This document shows positions 63,701 to 64,000 of a stretch of 64,000 nucleotides of DNA, piece after piece. The stretch spans positions 1,798,001 to 1,862,000 of the forward strand of contig LSRY02000011.1 of assembly GCA_001643675.2 (NCBI GenBank), in the 5' to 3' direction. Under the pieces are notes generated by a model. That model saw only the letters and a list, made by a program, of their open reading frames with translations, searched no databases and was not told the origin of the DNA. The position numbers were made by a program, and so were the translations under genes. The DNA comes from Monocercomonoides exilis PA203 (lineage: Eukaryota; Protista; Preaxostyla). The stretch's first letter is position 1; each line of letters starts with the position of its first letter.

Positions 63701-64000
63701 CAAATATGATTCCAATCCATTTGCAACAGATTCAAGCACATTGAACATTTCCTGGAAAGTATTCAACAAATTGTCAGGTGCACAAAACTCAACAACAACA
63801 GGCTTTGCATGTGCTTGACTCATAATTCTACGCCATGATCTATCAACACCTTGGAATCTTTTGTATTCGATGGGCAGTTGACGCTGAATATCTTCTGATG
63901 AAAAGATAGGCTCCAAATAGATCCATCTTTTCTGGCATTTCAGCCACTCTTCGATAACAAGAGATATTCTCTGCAGAAGATTAAGCCAGTTTTCGATAGC
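54752..64000 (-). CDS. DNAH1: Axonemal inner-arm dynein heavy chain, DNAH1-like; 5' end lies outside the window
   Basis: AAA1 GPAGTGKTET and CFDEFNRI, AAA2 GPTGGGKS, AAA3 GSTGTAKT, AAA4 GVGGSGRQS, then a stalk coiled coil and MTBD. The C-terminus HWIKRSVALFCALDY matches the DNAH1 type. The frame is open to the window edge. Confidence 0.93.
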   Translation of the reverse strand, partial: AIENWLNLLQRISLVIEEWLKCQKRWIYLEPIFSSEDIQRQLPIEYKRFQGVDRSWRRIMSQAHAKPVVVEFCAPDNLLNTFQEMFNVLESVANGLESYLETKRKAFPRFYFLSSDELLDILSQTKDPTRVQPYLGTCFEAIKSVTFQPDMEITAMISKEKEKVEFVEGIYPEGNVEQWLKELEGCMFTAVRDQIVQSLADYNVRPRKEWVGLWPGQVVLCVGQIYWTQEVEQSIEKGGYEEVDKLLTKLKGQLNDLTDLVRGNLTDLQRLTLGALITIDVHARDVTTRLVENKVEAVTDFDWISQFRYYWEDDDVHVKMMQTDFMYQYEYLGNTSRLVITPLTDKLYMTLMGAINLHLGGAPAGPAGTGKTETTKDLAKAVAVKCVVFNCSESLKVTAMGKFFKGLAMTGAWSCFDEFNRIDIEVLSVIAQQIATIQNAIMDGLEQFHFEDDEITLIPTLSIFITMNPGYAGRTELPDNLKALFRPVAVMIPDYALIAEIRLFSFGFKEGFALSKKMVATFKLSSEQLSSQDHYDFGMRAVNTVISAAGNLKHEFPDVSEELLLLRALRDTNIPKFLADDIPLFKGIVSDLFPGVEPMVVDYGQLNKALIDTASLQQLQPREAFITKCLQLYETAVLRHGLMLVGPTGGGKSSCLSVLSTAMTTLKKRGVEGYETVIMHKLNPKSIPYGDLYGTYDAATNDWKNGVLTLIMRECVRDESSDKHWIICDGPVDAVWIEDMNTVLDDSKKLCLASGEVIPLTPAMNMIFEVEDLRVASPATVSRCGMVYLEPSTTVPHSARIFSWLNSQQTLFAPHIDALQELFDIYLPQCLNHLRRSCPEAVPTVDANICMAFFNMLEAMFMPYLPEEAKGETMPTQQKLEDMGECLPHIFIFALVWSVGATTNVEGRKSFNEFLMTLIRENHPDLLDTTLEQPTDAQPMKGSLSPNPKIPAIYTLYDFVYNQKEKVWIPWMDTIDEYVIKPKTAFTEMIVPTVDSVRNTHIINLLVRKSKHVLTIGSTGTAKTVTLQQYLFKQAPSEYIPIPMTFSAQTSATATQRQLDDKFERRRSGIVGAPPGSKFVIFVDDLNMPKLEIYGAQPPIELLRQFVDHGGWYVKKDSTSIPFFKIEDVQLVGAMGPPGGGRNPVTNRFLRHFNHIYFTDLEESSEKMIFSTILGSFFNQFPDIIRGLTTPIVNATVEVYHTIMRELLPTPQKSHYTFNLRDLSKVFQGILSGDVRALQETSQVIRIWLHETTRVFADRLVTSTKDTKDREWFQQLLRAQLKKHFSVTWEGVGASDNMMFGDLLSANQGETKPYVQITDIEKLKKVLDDALDDYRDAQKGGSLELVLFQNAIMHLLRIARIIRQPYGNALLLGVGGSGRQSLTRLASFIAEYTLRNIEIKKGFNTFEWHKTLKDIMKGAGLEAMPTVFLFSDTQLVQESFLEDINNMLNSGDVPNVWDPQEMETIYSTMRPIAQSLGIIPTKINLFSHFVKRVRENIHIVLCMSPFGDAFRNRLRMYPALVTCCTIDWFDPWPDEALRAVARVKLDDVDFESNPLGDEEESEDEDASGSDEEYKMHKRHKGEDLTDKVIEMCVMIHQSVEKANTRYLKELKRTNHVTPLSYLELITTLRTMLKNKREELKVMKNRLSQGVEKITKATEEVVKNDARLKEVQPQLEKMTIEVEQMMVKIQKDQQDASEQRTIVKREEQEVSAQAEQCQKMKDEATALLEKALPILREAEKSLEKLDPRDVAEVGGYKSPGKGVQLVLAALCIVMGVPPAKIQDPDHPNQKKEDYMGPARGLVSHPRELMDSMLNFDKEHLDPKMIKKIEPYIQNEEFIPEKVAKGSKACMSICIWIRAMYSFYFTFLDVKPKQELVAKAEKELAAVLKTLKEKQDSLNILESNIKQLEARYQEAIEKKESLQKQVHDCVTQRDRAFRLTQGLGGECTRWTKEMKDIEQLEYNVMGDVLISAGTVCYLGPFTSQFRADLITQWKEALTEMNFPFSANASIQTTFADPVRVRQWGLDGLPSDNLSIENGLIMINARRWPLMIDPQGQANKWIRRMEKGKLDIVKQTEDNFMRTMETAIRFGRPVLIESVGEELDPALEPVLSRTTFMHKGSEMMKLGDTTLPYNNNFKLYMTTKLPNPKYAPETSVKVTLLNFTVTQSGLEDQLLATVVVQERPDLEESKNSLMSSNAKMRARLKEYEDQILKLLSETANPLEDETLINTLSESKKMSTEIEEKVKEAEETEQQIDETRNTYRPMAVRGSLLFFCVADLSSIDPMYQNSLQWFMDLYKQSIEETEQSQDFATRLSNLMDNFTYLLYQNVCRSLFARHKLMFSFLMIMRILTYEGKIDQQEYRFLIGRSTVANPQPNPAEDWLTSRSWIDIQALAELPAFTDLDKDFAADPDSWRVIFDSSQAHREPLPGKWNDLNQFQKLLVLKCLRSDKITEGVQDFVQENFGKKYVQPPNFNLAKSYRDSNSMRPLIFIISPGTNPAKDLDQFAVEMRMTKKLHSLSLGQGQGVKAEQYINEATENGFWVLLQNCDLYASWMPELERIVENWKPESVHREFRLWLTSQPSEKFPVSILQSGIKMTNEPPKGLQANLLRTYESFDPSVIAPVSDNHDPSVLRMLLFSLSFFHAVIQERRKFGALGWNIRYEFTVDDLNVCIKQLRLFLETSIEVPYRVLSFLFGEINYGGRVTDFLDRRLLSTLLERFICPDVLKEGYTFSPSGKYTSVDCEDLKGYIQVIQSYDLNAYPEVFGLHENADITCAMKDTNDLFDNLLSLQPSTASGSSGQTREEIIQEKVLSIQEKVPHEFDLEAASAAYPTSYEESMNTVLVQEIIRYNRLLSTIHTSLDDMIKALAGKVVMSAALEDMSNSLFINQIPKLWEKPAYPSLKALSVWVEDLAQRCAFLAKWIENGPPAVYWISGLFFPQAFLTGNLQNFARKYKIPIDKISFEAIIRDDLKNPEEVTERPADGCFAYGLFLEGARWDHEKHVLTESRPKELYTTFPIIHLNPVENRVPPTEGSYNCPIYKILTRQGTLSTTGHSTNYVISLDIPSDTVESHWIKRSVALFCALDY

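Noticed and set aside
54825-63741. Many short ORFs overlapping dynein (and likewise VPS13 and IFT144)
   Set aside because: Antisense or alternative-frame by-products of long coding regions.
1-64000. CRISPR arrays, rRNA, tRNA, prokaryotic operons
   Set aside because: No repeat-spacer array or recognisable rRNA/tRNA was seen by eye, and the gene content is eukaryotic and spliced.

Overview
AT-rich, intron-containing DNA from a flagellated eukaryote using the standard genetic code. The Ser/Ala microsatellite linkers, short GTTTG-donor introns and beta-helix/TM/kinase-C-lobe surface-protein family suggest an oxymonad such as Monocercomonoides (inference from recalled family style, not a search). 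From left to right: (1) a probably decayed coding tract (1-3.4 kb); (2) a p62/NBR1-type PB1 protein; (3) a multi-exon ENTH/VHS/CID-like protein with two C-terminal Zn fingers; (4) a CTL/SLC44 choline-transporter-like gene; (5) a ~2500-codon receptor pseudokinase broken by two frameshifts and one stop, plus fragments of a related family; (6) a transposon graveyard (23-27 kb) with a dead PIF/Harbinger-type DDE transposase, MITE-like elements and a 290-bp-arm foldback; (7) a UHM-less PUF60 head-to-head with a 6296-aa single-ORF VPS13; (8) IFT144/WDR19; (9) an Arf-family GTPase; (10) the 3' part of a DNAH1-type inner-arm dynein heavy chain. The most unusual items are the Arf GTPase (CX5CX2CX2CX2H insertion, 10-nt microexon, candidate structured 3' UTR), the giant VPS13, the kinase-C-lobe-only receptor and the Harbinger/MITE/foldback cluster. 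All alignments and folds were done by eye.
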